Source of the DNA: Eukaryota sp. TZLM1-RC
Lineage: Eukaryota > Protista > Metamonada: BaSk clade
Reading direction: 5' to 3'
Length of the DNA: 64,000 nt
Assembly (NCBI GenBank): GCA_040285825.1
Contig: JAUPSS010000005.1
Span: 1,550,001 to 1,614,000, forward strand
In this document: positions 1-10,985 of the stretch, piece after piece
Position numbering within the stretch: the first letter of the stretch is position 1
How the letters are laid out: the number at the start of each line of letters is the position of its first letter
Notes under the pieces: model-generated
Told to the model about the DNA's origin: nothing
What the model saw: only the letters and a program-made list of their open reading frames with translations
Databases searched by the model: none
Position numbers and translations under genes: made by a program

Positions 1-584
1 TCAGACTCCCCTCTTGCGATCAACTCTCGTGTAGCGGTCGAACTAATGGGACGCTCCTCAAGCTTGTTGCAAGGGATAAAAGAGTCCCTGAATCTACAAA
101 GTCGGGTGGTTTCTATTACGCTATCAAGATCTGTTACACCTCTTTGTATAACGATCACTTTGAACTCTGATAATAAGGGTTCCAAAGTTTCTATAGGCCA
201 TAACACAGGTGATGAACAACTCATCTGCTCAACAAGGTCAGCACCTGACAACATTAGTACTTTGTGGTTGGAGTACTGATCTTGAATACGTTTGAGGACA
301 GTGTAAGATCTGACATAGTTTTTTTGATTGGATTCCCACTCATCAATACAAATAAGAGATCTTATGGGAGAAAGACCAATAGCTTTGTTGAGCATATTCA
401 AGCGATGTATGATAGGCAGAAGACCGGGTTTGCCATAATGGTTGGAAACAGGTGAAACAATCACTTGCTGAACAGAATATCCATGTTTTTCTGCACAGGA
501 CACCCCCTCCTCCATCATGGCAATATGAAGCTTTGTTGGAGGGTTGAAGGAGCCAAGAAAGACGAGTATAGTTGGATAACCCAT
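1..584 (-). CDS. NMNAT: Nicotinamide/nicotinate mononucleotide adenylyltransferase, 3' end beyond the window edge
   Basis: Not in the ORF track. Manual translation from ATG 584 gives MGYPTILVFLGSFNPPTKLH...SPVSNHYGKPGL...HRLNML...DEWESNQKNYVRSYTVL...MLSGADLVE...LWP...ISSTATRELIARGES: the GxFNPxTxxH, GADL and ISST motifs of NMNAT. Open to position 1. Confidence 0.93.
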   Translation of the reverse strand, partial: MGYPTILVFLGSFNPPTKLHIAMMEEGVSCAEKHGYSVQQVIVSPVSNHYGKPGLLPIIHRLNMLNKAIGLSPIRSLICIDEWESNQKNYVRSYTVLKRIQDQYSNHKVLMLSGADLVEQMSCSSPVLWPIETLEPLLSEFKVIVIQRGVTDLDSVIETTRLCRFRDSFIPCNKLEERPISSTATRELIARGES

Positions 585-799
585 TCTTACAGACAATGCT
601 CGAACAATAAAGCATGTTCAAGCATTCTGAATTCTGATTGAAAAGTGTTGTCTTATTTATTCTTGATATTTAAGAAAAAAGCATCAGACACAAGGATGGA
701 TCGGCTGAATCATCTGAACGTTTGGTCCCTCCAGAATGGTAATTTCATCACTGGTGGAAAACTTTAAAATAAATTTTTATTATTATTATTAAATTATTC

Positions 800-1170
800 T
801 AAAAAATACAGTCTAAAAGTCAATATCTTCAAAACAAACTTCCACACTAACAAACCGTACAGCAGCAATATTTTTAGAATGGGCACTGAGAGACATCAGA
901 GCTTTCGAAATCATTTTAGGAATTACTTTGAAAATAGTAAAAACAATACCATTAACCAGAAACAACGATCATTCATTCTTCTTTTTACAAGATATTCAAA
1001 TAGATCAATAAAAATCATTGCAGTGTTTCTAAGACGTCTATACAAAGAACTAGCAAATGGGCAACTTTGGCAACCCACATGTTTCAATTCTTTTATTGAA
1101 TTTGTATACAATTCTGAATCACAAAGAAGCGATACTTCTCAAAATACATGTGATGAACCGATTATTTAAG
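800..1170 (-). mobile_element. Decayed 3' tip of an RT+RLE non-LTR retrotransposon
   Basis: Translates to CPFASSLY...FWL...IFKVIPKMISKALMSL, matching the C-termini of the copies at 24002-25331 and 52642-53526. Confidence 0.7.
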
Positions 1171-1280
1171 TCCCTTTTTTATTGTCAACTTAATCATCTT
1201 AAATCTATGGAAAAACGTTGATTGTTGACAATTAATTCTAAATGTTAACTCTTGTATTACCACTTTTTATTCATATAAAT

Positions 1281-4200
1281 CTAATTGGAAAAGTTCCACA
1301 AACTAGCTCTGGCTATTGGCCCTGCTCTACTACGAGTGGAAGCACTTTGAATTTCTGTCCCTGGTGAAAAAGGTGATGGCGGTGATAGGGGTGTTAGGGG
1401 TGTGGGACGATAATTTAACCCAGATGATGTTAATGGAGGCAAATCATCAGGTAGATGAATGTCCACTCCCTTCTTCACCTCATCTATTGACCAGACCTTT
1501 GTCCACATCTCGGGTTGCATGTTCAAAGAAAGGTAATTGTGAAAATACGGAACTTTCAGATTAGGATCTTCATCAGAAGGCATCCTCTTTTTGGGAAGGT
1601 ATTCAAAAAGATTGTAAAACAATGCAAATACTCTGAACAACGATAAAACTAATCGGTAGAGAGGTGCCAGTAACACTACAACGAGAGGACTTTGGAGGTC
1701 CTTTCGACGGCGTAATTTGACATAGTTAAAAGCAAAAAACACAATATACTGGAGCAAAAGCACTCTGAAATATATCAAGAATAATGAATTAACATCATCA
1801 TGCATGACAAAGTACAAAATAATTAAGAAATGGAAATAATCCCTGATGATAGTGATAATTTCATAAATATAAAATGGCTTGAGAATGATGGTGTTAACGT
1901 TCCAATAGCGTACTAAATGCTCCAGGTACTTGAAGAAGAATCTGTGGGCACACGCATCCTACAGTTAAATGGGAAAAAGAGTCACAAACCCATGATTTGA
2001 CTCGTTGATTGAATAAAGATTTCTCATCAACACAGTGATCCCCAAACAAATCCTCTCCCAGGTGGAAAAGGTCTTCCGGAGCTTGTGTGAGTGCTGGGGT
2101 CGCCGCCAAACAAATCAATCTCTTCATCCTGCCGTTTATTGATTTTTCTCTCAGAATAAACCCCATTTGAGCATCCTCACCATGAAAAGCACTAGAATTA
2201 CTACTAAATTGACCTAAAAACATACCTATTATGATGATCCAAAACAAAATTCAACTCTTTCTTTTTCCAAATCGAAATGGCACCGCTGAAATTAAAAAAC
2301 TAAAAAGATGAAACACACTGGGGGTAAGCACAGGTTCCAAACTTTTCTTGAACAAGTTTTAGTAATCCGCTTAGTAAATACTCCATATCCTGGAAAGCAA
2401 CCAGAAAAGATCTCCTTCTCCACGAATTTCGGTACTGAGGTCTATTCATGTCGGTTCTAATGGTGATGACTCCCCCTGCCACGTCATCTTCTGCTAATCG
2501 ATGGGTCTGCCAGCTCATATCTGCTGGAATCATGACATCATCATCCATAATTACGACATATTCTATTTCTGGACGATAAGCTAAAATGTTTTTGTTGACA
2601 TAATGTAAGCAGAACGTCTTATTACCAGTTGGTATGTAGACATAATTGACTGTTCTTCCCCAAGCTTTAACTTTTTTAATGACTTCAATGGTACCATCAT
2701 TGGGGAAAGGAGTAGGTCTATTAGCATTGTGACAGACATAAACATTACCATTTCCAACACTTCGACTAGCTAATCTTAGGGTTCTTTCAAAGTCAATAGC
2801 TTTTTGTTTCTTTAACTCCACCAGTTCTTCTCTTGATGGAGGTTTAATAAAGTTGTTTTTACAATTATTTAAAATCAAATCGGGATCTCTACCTGCCGAA
2901 ATATGACTTGCTATAAGGATGGCAACATTAGAATTATCATCATTAAACCCCTTGACTACTCGGTGTTCTGGCCAAGAAACAGTAAAGAAGGCGAGAATGA
3001 TGAGGAAATGTTCCAAGCCAAGGATGAACAAGGTGATGTAGAATCTATTAACGGAATGGAGAAACCTAGTCGCAACCATAAAATCTCGGTAAAAGAAAAA
3101 CAATAACAAAAACAAAATTAACGCGAAAAACATCCAAAAAACAATTTCCACCGTGTCTCTTGCACCAGGAGAATACTGTCTCTTCAATCTTTCAAAGGAT
3201 TCAAGCAACTCGATCCATGTATCATTACGAAATACTCTTGCAGGGGGTTCAGGCTGGTAATGTTGCCTGGCAGCAAGAGTTTCTTCGTCTTGGATTAATT
3301 CAAACCAGTTGTCTGGAAGAGAATGGTATTTCTCTTTTGAAGTGTTAATTGAACCTTTGAAAAAACCTTTGAATTTTTCAAACAACAATGCAAGAATTAA
3401 AAATAAAATGGAAATGGAAATTAAAAGAAAATCTAAAATGTCGAACCTATCCCAATCTACATCAAAAGCAAAGTATTCAATGCTAAGAAACCTGCAGATG
3501 GAACCATCATGAGAAGCTATATCTAAATTGAACCCTAGAAAATCAACATGACTTGCTTCCACTGTGACTGCAAAAGGAAAAGCATTTGTATCGATTCCAG
3601 TGATGTAAACAAAAACTTCAGGAATTCTCTGAAATTCATTATTGAAGAATATTCTACCAGAAAAAACATGGTGGCCCTTCAAATGTAACTCCCAATCATT
3701 GGTTAGATTCAACCCAAAAGATAATGATCCTCTATCAAAAGCATTAAACTTAAGAAAGGAAGAATTGAATGCCAATAATGCATATCTAACTTGCGTAAAC
3801 TCTCTCATTGTTGTAAGCCAGGTTTCAACTGACACTAAACCATTATACTGAGGGTGATGAGCAACTTCATAGTTTGTCTCTATTGAATTGGATTCAGTAA
3901 TGGTATCATCGTAATGAAACCTTACACCTCTAAAAGAGAAAAAAACCTCAACATCATCAACAAATTCATAACTCATGGGTAATGTGAATTGGCGGGGTAA
4001 TTGAGTACCAAAACCCAAATCGCTTGAACCTAATTGGTCATCTCCGTTGATACTAGAACTAAATGCAAATAAAGAAGGATCTTCAAAGCAAAGTGTACTA
4101 ATCGCAATCCATGAAAGAGTTATTGATTCAAGCAACGAGTTGTCAAATACTATCAAACGAACGGTGAAGTGATCAGCTGCTACAGTGGTTACAGAAACAT

Positions 4201-6349
4201 CAAAACCAATTTCTGGTGAGGTATGAATACTTGAAAAAGAAACAAAAACTTGTGGAGAATAACTAAAGGTTTTTGTAAAATAAACTTCATACTCAAAGGT
4301 TTTTTCTTCGCCTTTTTGATGCAGTCTCCATTCAGGAATTTGAGAAGAAAGTTGCACAACGCCAGACTCTACTAGGTAGGAGGGAGGACAAAGCAAGGGT
4401 CCAACAACAGATGATATTGAAGGGGGTTGCAGAATAATGAAAATGAACCCCAATAAAGCAAACAAAGCGGTGTAAAAGCAAATTCCCCTCAGTTTCTTTA
4501 ATCTACCGTCTCTATTCTCAAACTGGTTCTTTGGTAAAAATGGTAAAACCTCTTCATCTTCGTCTTTTAAATTGTGGTTGTCAGAGACGGAATTTTCATC
4601 AGGGATAGTGATTTGCAAAATGTTTTGTTCCAAATGTTGGTTATCAAAGGGAAGTTCCCCATCATCAATGCCAAAATCATCACCTTCGACGACATTTGGT
4701 TGGCCATAATCACCAGATTCAGTTGAAGAGTCGGAATCATGCTTTGATTCAATCTGACCTACCTCAATATGCCGATTACGATTGCTGGACGAATCATTAT
4801 TTGAATCATACTCCAACTCCAACCCTGTTGCCAATGACAACTCCTTCCTAAAGACGGGATCTGATAGCATAACGTAGGGAATTTGATGTTCTGTGACGAG
4901 AATAGGTTGAGAATTGGTTGAGTCTGACCTCAATTCTTCGATTGGATGTGGATTTGATTGATTAACTGATTGATTAACTGCTTGATTAACTACTGTTTTT
5001 TCTAGTATGGGATCAGCCTCGCCTTGGAATCTCTGACCTTTAACCAACCTTACTCTTTTGAAAAACAAGCATGTGTTGAGGGAATCGTGAACATCTGCAG
5101 GATTTAAAGAAAGATTAGCAATCATTTGAATTCTAGGACAATACTGGAGACAAAATCTCAAAACAGAGGTGAATAAGCAGTTCCTGTAAGGAATGTGGGT
5201 CTTTCTTGAGGTAATTGAATTCAAAACTCTTTCTAAAAAGAAAAGGCTCTTGTTGATTGTGACAGATTCCTTGAAATAGAGAGAACTCCGGTGTAAATCT
5301 CTATCAAACGCTGCTAAATCTACAAAAACTAACTTTGAATGAGTTTGTAATTCTCTAGAAATCAAATGAATAGAAAAAATACCATGTCCTCTCGTGGAGA
5401 CCTTATTAGATTTAGTTTTCCTTATTGTCCTAAAACTGGACCCCCGTGCCAGCTTTACCATTGCATCTCTTAGATTATCAACCTTTAATTGACTTAGTCC
5501 CGGAATGATGCTGATTTGTTGGTTGGCGGAAGCAGACATCACTAGTGAAGAGTTTAGAAGAACAGGTTTCTCTTCACCTTTGGTAGTTACCTCAATGGAG
5601 AGTAAATCCGAAACACCTTCACCATGAACTTCGAGATAAGAGAAGTGGACTTCTTGATCTTCAGATAGATTGGAGAATATAGATTTTAAACACCGTGGAA
5701 TTAAACCAAGAGACTCAGCGGAGTTTTCCAAAAGTGATCCGAATAAAGTGTAGCTTTTCCCTGCACCTGATCCTCCGTGATTCATAATGGTGGTTGATTT
5801 ATTTGCAAACAAGGCTGAAACACTGGGGAGACCAACGTCCTTAAAGACAGCAAAATTATCATTATCAAAGACTCTAGTAAAGGGGAAGGTCCAAGTTTCC
5901 TTAACATGATCAGGGCCTTGTTGGGAAAACGAGTGAGGTACCTTGATGGTAATTGATTCGGTAAGTTCATCATGCTTGATAAGAGAAGTATGATGGACAT
6001 CCTGATCATTCTGAGGTGTTGTCAATTTACAATAAGCAGCAAGAGGTTTAACATTAAAATGCTTGTTTGCGGTGATTTCCAGGTCTTGAACATTGTCATA
6101 ATCACTGTTTGAAATGTTCAACTGATGAGAAGAGCCTTCTCTTACAGAAGACCACAGAGCAGAAGTACTTGGTTGAGTGGGAAGAGAATATTGTACTTGT
6201 CTTTTTGTGACAGAGGATATCTCTTGAGAAGAACTCTGTGACTGGTTGTCAAGTGACGATTGTAAAGATGAAGCTGTGACGTGCCTGTTTTCCTCAACAT
6301 TTCGAGCGAATGATGACAGTTCCTTCAGAGAGACAAGATTGTGTGACAT
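1281..6349 (-). CDS. Kinesin motor (kinesin-9-like) + H-type lectin + processive GT2 glycosyltransferase fusion, multi-pass membrane protein, ~1656 aa, 4 exons
   Basis: Exons 6349-2319, 2285-2226, 2191-1990 and 1958-1281, joined by GT-AG introns of 33, 34 and 31 nt, total 4971 nt in frame. Kinesin (~5955-5045): GGSGAGKSYT, NKVSTRGHGIF, FVDLAAFDR, HIPYRN. TM ~4490-4430. H-lectin-like repeats (VYFTKTFSYSPQVFVSF; IFFNNEFQRIPEVFVYITGID). Three more TMs. GT2: GNKT, IMDDDV, FQDMEY, YPHGAISIW, FHGED, QRVKSWD. C-terminal TMs. Confidence 0.88.
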
Positions 6350-6387
6350 CAAATCGATCGGTGCTGATATTACAATATTTAAATCAT

Positions 6388-7590
6388 GGGTCAGGGACAC
6401 ACCTGCCCACTTTTTTGAAAAGTGAAACACACCTACCCACTGCTGAATTTTTTGGTACTTCTGTACCCAATTGTTTTAAGGATACTTATCCATCCCGATT
6501 TGTTTGATGATGTAATCATGTTTGTGTTTCTTAATTACTTGGTACGTTAACCAAACTCATCTCAAACATTGGCAGTAACAAAAACAGTAGCAACCGCATC
6601 GCAAAGTCCTTTTTCTCTGTCGGAAACAATGGTGTTGATATCTGAACCATATGCATCACGAAAACGTTGACAAAACCAGGTCCAGTTGTCTTTGTTTTCG
6701 GTCGACACTACTGCAAAGGCCAGTGGAAACAAATGGCCCTCTGCATCAATGGACGTGGATGTCAACAACACTTGTTTATGTTTGGTTTTCAAGTGCGTCC
6801 CATCCAGAAGAACCATTGAACGACAAAATGCAAATCCCTTGATTGTACCTTGCAGCGCTATGAAGAGTCGTCTAAAGGTGTCAGTTGTATTTTTTTCAAG
6901 ATCAATAACACTTCCGGGGTTTCTTTGACTTAAAAGTTCCAAATAGTGGTCAAGTTTTTTGTAGCTTGATTCTTCAGTTCCATAAAGACTGGTTTTAATC
7001 ATGTGCCGTACCCGCTTAACAGTGTGATTGGGAAGTATAAATCCAGCCGCTGTGTTTAAATCCACTTTCAAATGCTTGGAGCTGATGGCAGGATCCTTTT
7101 GGATTTTTGTACGAATGGATGTCAAAGAGGCAAGGTAATCTGTGGAAGGAGGAAGATTCTTGTAGGAAGAAGTTAGATTACCATCACAGGAATGAGCTTT
7201 ATACCGCTTAACCTCATAAGGAGTTGTTGTAGAAGCGGATTTAGGTCGTGTAGCATAGCATTCAAACGTACATCTTTTATTTTTGCAACGAGCATAAATT
7301 CTTGTATGTTCAGACTTTTTGTAGACACAATAGGCACTGCTATGGACACAATCTAGCCGAATCAGTTCCTTTATGATTTCCATCGAAGCCAGGGAACCGA
7401 TTTTCAAGAGATAATCGGTGTCGTTATGTTTGAGAGTTATAGTTGATTCAGCAACAACGGAAGAGGTTGTTGTCATGTCCAATCTGCAAAGAAGTCCTAT
7501 CAGTAAAAAAGTGGGTAGATGTGTTCACTTTATTGTGGTGGGTAGACGTGTTCCACTTTTTGCAAAAATGGGTAGATGTGTACTTTTCCC
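6388..7590 (-). mobile_element. Internally deleted Mutator-like (MULE) DNA transposon
   Basis: Imperfect ~53-bp TIRs starting GGG and containing ACACAyCTrCCCA repeats. Exact 9-bp TSD TTAAATCAT at 6379-6387 and 7591-7599. Confidence 0.93.
6562..7476 (-). pseudogene. C-terminally truncated MULE transposase
   Basis: LLDGTHLKTK...SIDAEGHLFPLAFAVVSTENKDNWTWF...IVSDREKGL. The ORF stops before the CxxH motif, catalytic E and SWIM region. Confidence 0.9.
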
Positions 7591-7682
7591 TTAAATCATA
7601 TAACTGTAATTTTTTTAAACTGGAATATTTATTGAGAAAAAAAATCTGTGATTTGTTCATACATTCTTCAGTGAGATTCATA

Positions 7683-7913
7683 CCTGTTTCCAACTTTCTC
7701 AATGTCTACTCACAGGCTGTAAGATAAATGTAGCGTCATTTGACAAAGACAATCATGATCTTCATCAATGGGCTACCTCACTTAAATACACCTACTGCTT
7801 TCACAGAACAAAGCCTCGCGACTTGATGTATCTAAGTGGATCTACCAAATGCTACTAAGGCATTTGTAGATCGGTCTCAAAAGTTTTAGTTTCTGTATGC
7901 TCGCGTTCCCTAT
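7683..7913 (-). ncRNA. Putative Fanzor omegaRNA scaffold (family A, copy 1)
   Basis: Non-coding region directly downstream of the nuclease, conserved in copy 2 (26282-26510). Stems: 7839-7852 with 7860-7872; 7779-7790 with 7827-7838, which needs a G-U pair on the minus strand. Confidence 0.55.
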
Positions 7914-9000
7914 TCATCTCCTCAACAGAGCATCTGGGCAAATGTATCTTTCCGGCCACAATTGCGCTTTCTTCTTAGTTTGAATATTTTTTGCAGCGGA
8001 AATATCTCTGTCATATACTATTTGACACTCATTACAAATACGCATCTGCCATGAGCTTGCTTGAATATTCTCGGCCATGCAACAACTTGACAGTTTGCTT
8101 GTATTAAATTCACTGGTTGGCAAGTGCTTCACGTCCTTTTGATGACACAGCCATTTTCTGAAATCCCTAGCTGATCCATATCGATTGACCTTTCGGCAAT
8201 CAGAAGGGAAATTAGCAGTACCCACAACAAGACAGAGTTTTTCAGGATGTCCAGCCAGCCTTTGAAATTTGTTGAGGCTCTCTCGGAACCGTCTCTCTTT
8301 TCGTCTGCGGTTATCAAATTTAATTATTTTCCATTTCTGGCGATTACTTTCCAAATACACTTTCCTCCTGACCAGTTTCCAATGGATCAAATATTGGTTG
8401 AAATTTTGAACGGAATATTGGTTGGGAGAGTGTTTACTGGGTGAAGGATTTGTCCTAACCTCCTGCCAGTTGGACAAGGGATAACTCCACATTGATAATC
8501 ATTTAAGAAGTAACCACATAATCTTGATTGGCCCAGATCAACGCCAATAAGGGGCCTTTCAGGTAAAATTTCGACTGGATGTCTACGTCTTCGACGGGGC
8601 ATTTTTTAGTGCCCTTCAACTGTGTTTCTCTGGTTTTGTTGGCATTAGGGTCACTTTTCATTTCATTTTTTGATCTTCTTTTCTATTTCGGTGGTTCATC
8701 CAGCTCATCTGTGTTTTCTGAGTCATTATTTTTACCCTCAAAGGTCAAAAGCAGTTCATTGCCATTAGTTTTCAATAAAAAATTTTTAATCTATTTTTCA
8801 AACTTTTTCTGTTGATATTGAATTTTTGGTAAGGACATTTTTTCAATATTCGTTTCAGACATGTATTTCTGATAAACTTTGTTTTGGACGATAATCCTTC
8901 GATAAGTGGAAATTTTTTCACAGAGTGGAAAACATGTAAAGGTACCTCATGAAATTTAGAACCTTTATGAGAAGCTAAAAGTATTATTCTAAATTTCTTC
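7914..9000 (-). pseudogene. Fanzor (TnpB-like RNA-guided nuclease) pseudogene, family A copy 1
   Basis: FTCFPL and LKTNGNELLLTF (Fanzor1-like upstream motifs), RuvC-I LIGVDLGQSRL, RuvC-II TSEFNTSKLSSCC, Zn finger ICNEC, RuvC-III YDRDISAAKNI. Frameshifts (one near 8458) and in-frame stops upstream. 5' limit approximate. Confidence 0.85.
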
Positions 9001-9168
9001 CAGCAATGCATGTGAGAAAGAAAAGTGAGTAAGTATTGTGAAATTTTAAGATTAAAGAGAAAAAGCTCACCAATTTCCAATGAAGAAAAGGTGATATTAT
9101 CATGTGAGGACAGTAGGGAGGCAGTGGTAGGAAATCTTTGAAGGAGATTCAAGATACAGTTACATGCA

Positions 9169-9372
9169 TTGAATAAAAAGAATCTCATTTGGATGGCAAC
9201 CTGTGATTATTCTGAGCTAAATGAACCAATAGGTCCTTTTAGCGGTGTTGTCATTCCTTCCTTGACTTTAGTTGACTCGAAGGAAAATATCAACATTGAG
9301 CTAAACGAACGAGAGCTGGAAGCCCTTTTCAATACTGTTGAAGATATCTCTGTTCATTTAGACAATCTGTAA
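9169..9372 (+). other. Possible COMM-domain C-terminal exon or fragment
   Basis: NLIW...ELNEP...SLTL...NIELNERELEALFNTVEDISVHLDNL* resembles the COMM domain pattern. Upstream exons not resolved. Confidence 0.35.
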
Positions 9373-9672
9373 TATAGTAACTTATTTTGTAAATAAATAG
9401 TTGATGTTTTTTGTTGTTTATTTGAACATTATTGGCACGTTATTATGCAAAGAAGCTCCTGAACTGTGTGTTCTAGGTTTTCTGTGTTTTATGTCTACAC
9501 CATTAAGTAAAAGTTGAAAACTAAGGCCCATAGATGTCCTAGGGAGAAACTAGACGTTGGTGCAAGATCTGGTTGGTGAAAAAAACACCAAAATGCAACC
9601 AAAGTGAAAACCACAGAAAAAGATTTGAAAATTAATCATTTAGTTTATTCACCTTCCTATTATCACACATTT

Positions 9673-10503
9673 ATGTCTTCCAACCAAACTCTACACGTTG
9701 CGAGAGCAAAGGCCAGGGAACACAATAGGCTTCTTTCTCTAGTTTTTTACTCCACTATCCACAGCCAGTACGATCACTTCGTGAAGAATGTTCTTCCTCT
9801 GATGAATCAGTTATCCGACCGATATGAGTTTTGGCTTGCAAAGGTTAATTGTCGAAATAATCCTGAAATCGGTGAGAACATTACAAAATACAACGTTGCT
9901 TCATTTCCTTTCTGTGTGGTTGCTGATCCCTCAACCATGAAATCTTTAGATCGAATTCCACTTTCTACAATCAAGCCAAACCAAATAGTTGCAAAGTTGA
10001 GGACGGTGTCAAACGCCATGCAGCAGGATATGAGGGAAAGGAACATGGCCACGAGGGGAGAACAACCAGAAAGGTCACTGAGAAGGGAACAAGAGCAAGC
10101 ATTTGCAGAAGCTGAGCTAGCAGCGAAGAAACGTCAAGAGGAACAAAGAAAAGAGGCAGAGGATAAATTGAAGGAGGAACAAGCTATGAAAGAGAGCGAG
10201 GAGAGGAGAAAGGAAAGGGGAGAGCGTGCAAGAGCAATGAAGACAGAAATTCCAAAGGAGGAAGGAGAAACGTGTTTGATTGGGGTCAGGTTGCCAGACG
10301 GCAGTAGGATAGAGGTCAATGTACCAGTTAGTTACCCAGTCAGTTTTATTTTTGATTGGATTACCCTTGAAACTTCTATTGACCCTGATAGGATTATTTT
10401 GGTTTCCAACTTTCCTAAAGAGGAAATCTGTGATTCACAAGAAACTTTAGAAAATGTCAAAATTACGGGAAAGAGGTTGTTTTTTGTTGAATATAAATCG
10501 TAA
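9673..10503 (+). CDS. UAS + coiled-coil + UBX domain protein (FAF2/UBXD8-like p97 adaptor)
   Basis: Thioredoxin-like UAS region, LRREQEQAF coiled coil, C-terminal IGVRLPDGSR...NFPK UBX signature. Start codon uncertain. Confidence 0.82.
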   Translation: MSSNQTLHVARAKAREHNRLLSLVFYSTIHSQYDHFVKNVLPLMNQLSDRYEFWLAKVNCRNNPEIGENITKYNVASFPFCVVADPSTMKSLDRIPLSTIKPNQIVAKLRTVSNAMQQDMRERNMATRGEQPERSLRREQEQAFAEAELAAKKRQEEQRKEAEDKLKEEQAMKESEERRKERGERARAMKTEIPKEEGETCLIGVRLPDGSRIEVNVPVSYPVSFIFDWITLETSIDPDRIILVSNFPKEEICDSQETLENVKITGKRLFFVEYKS

Positions 10504-10985
10504 TGAAACAATACTTTTTTGTAAGTGTTGATGTTTCTACATTTAATAATGCTATTGCTCTGATCATAACAACATTCCAGGATTGGAACAGATTGCAGAC
10601 GGAAATAAAACTACCTTGATAAAACAATCCAGAAAATGTACCCACTTTGATAGGACTCATTTCAGTGTTACTGCTGTTGTTTCGTCCCCAATTTTCCAAT
10701 AATGATTAGTTGATGATGAATACATTATCATTTTTTATTTTTTTATTTTTTTTATATGTAAACCATTCATTTGTTCAAAGGATGGTCAGGGGAGGAAACA
10801 GAAATAGTTCAAAATTTTGTCATAACGCTCAAGTCGTTTTCAGTTGACTTATAAATAAATCACATTGAATTTGAATTCAATAAAATTCAAATTTTAAATC
10901 AAAAAAAGTTGATGAAACAAATAAATGATTCTTTTAATTAATTTTATTTCCGCAAAAATTCAAAAAAAACAATCATTTTGATTGA

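Noticed and set aside
6388-9000. Fanzor carried by the adjacent MULE
   Set aside because: The MULE is closed by its own TIRs and TSD at 7590-7599, and Fanzor copy 2 has no MULE beside it.
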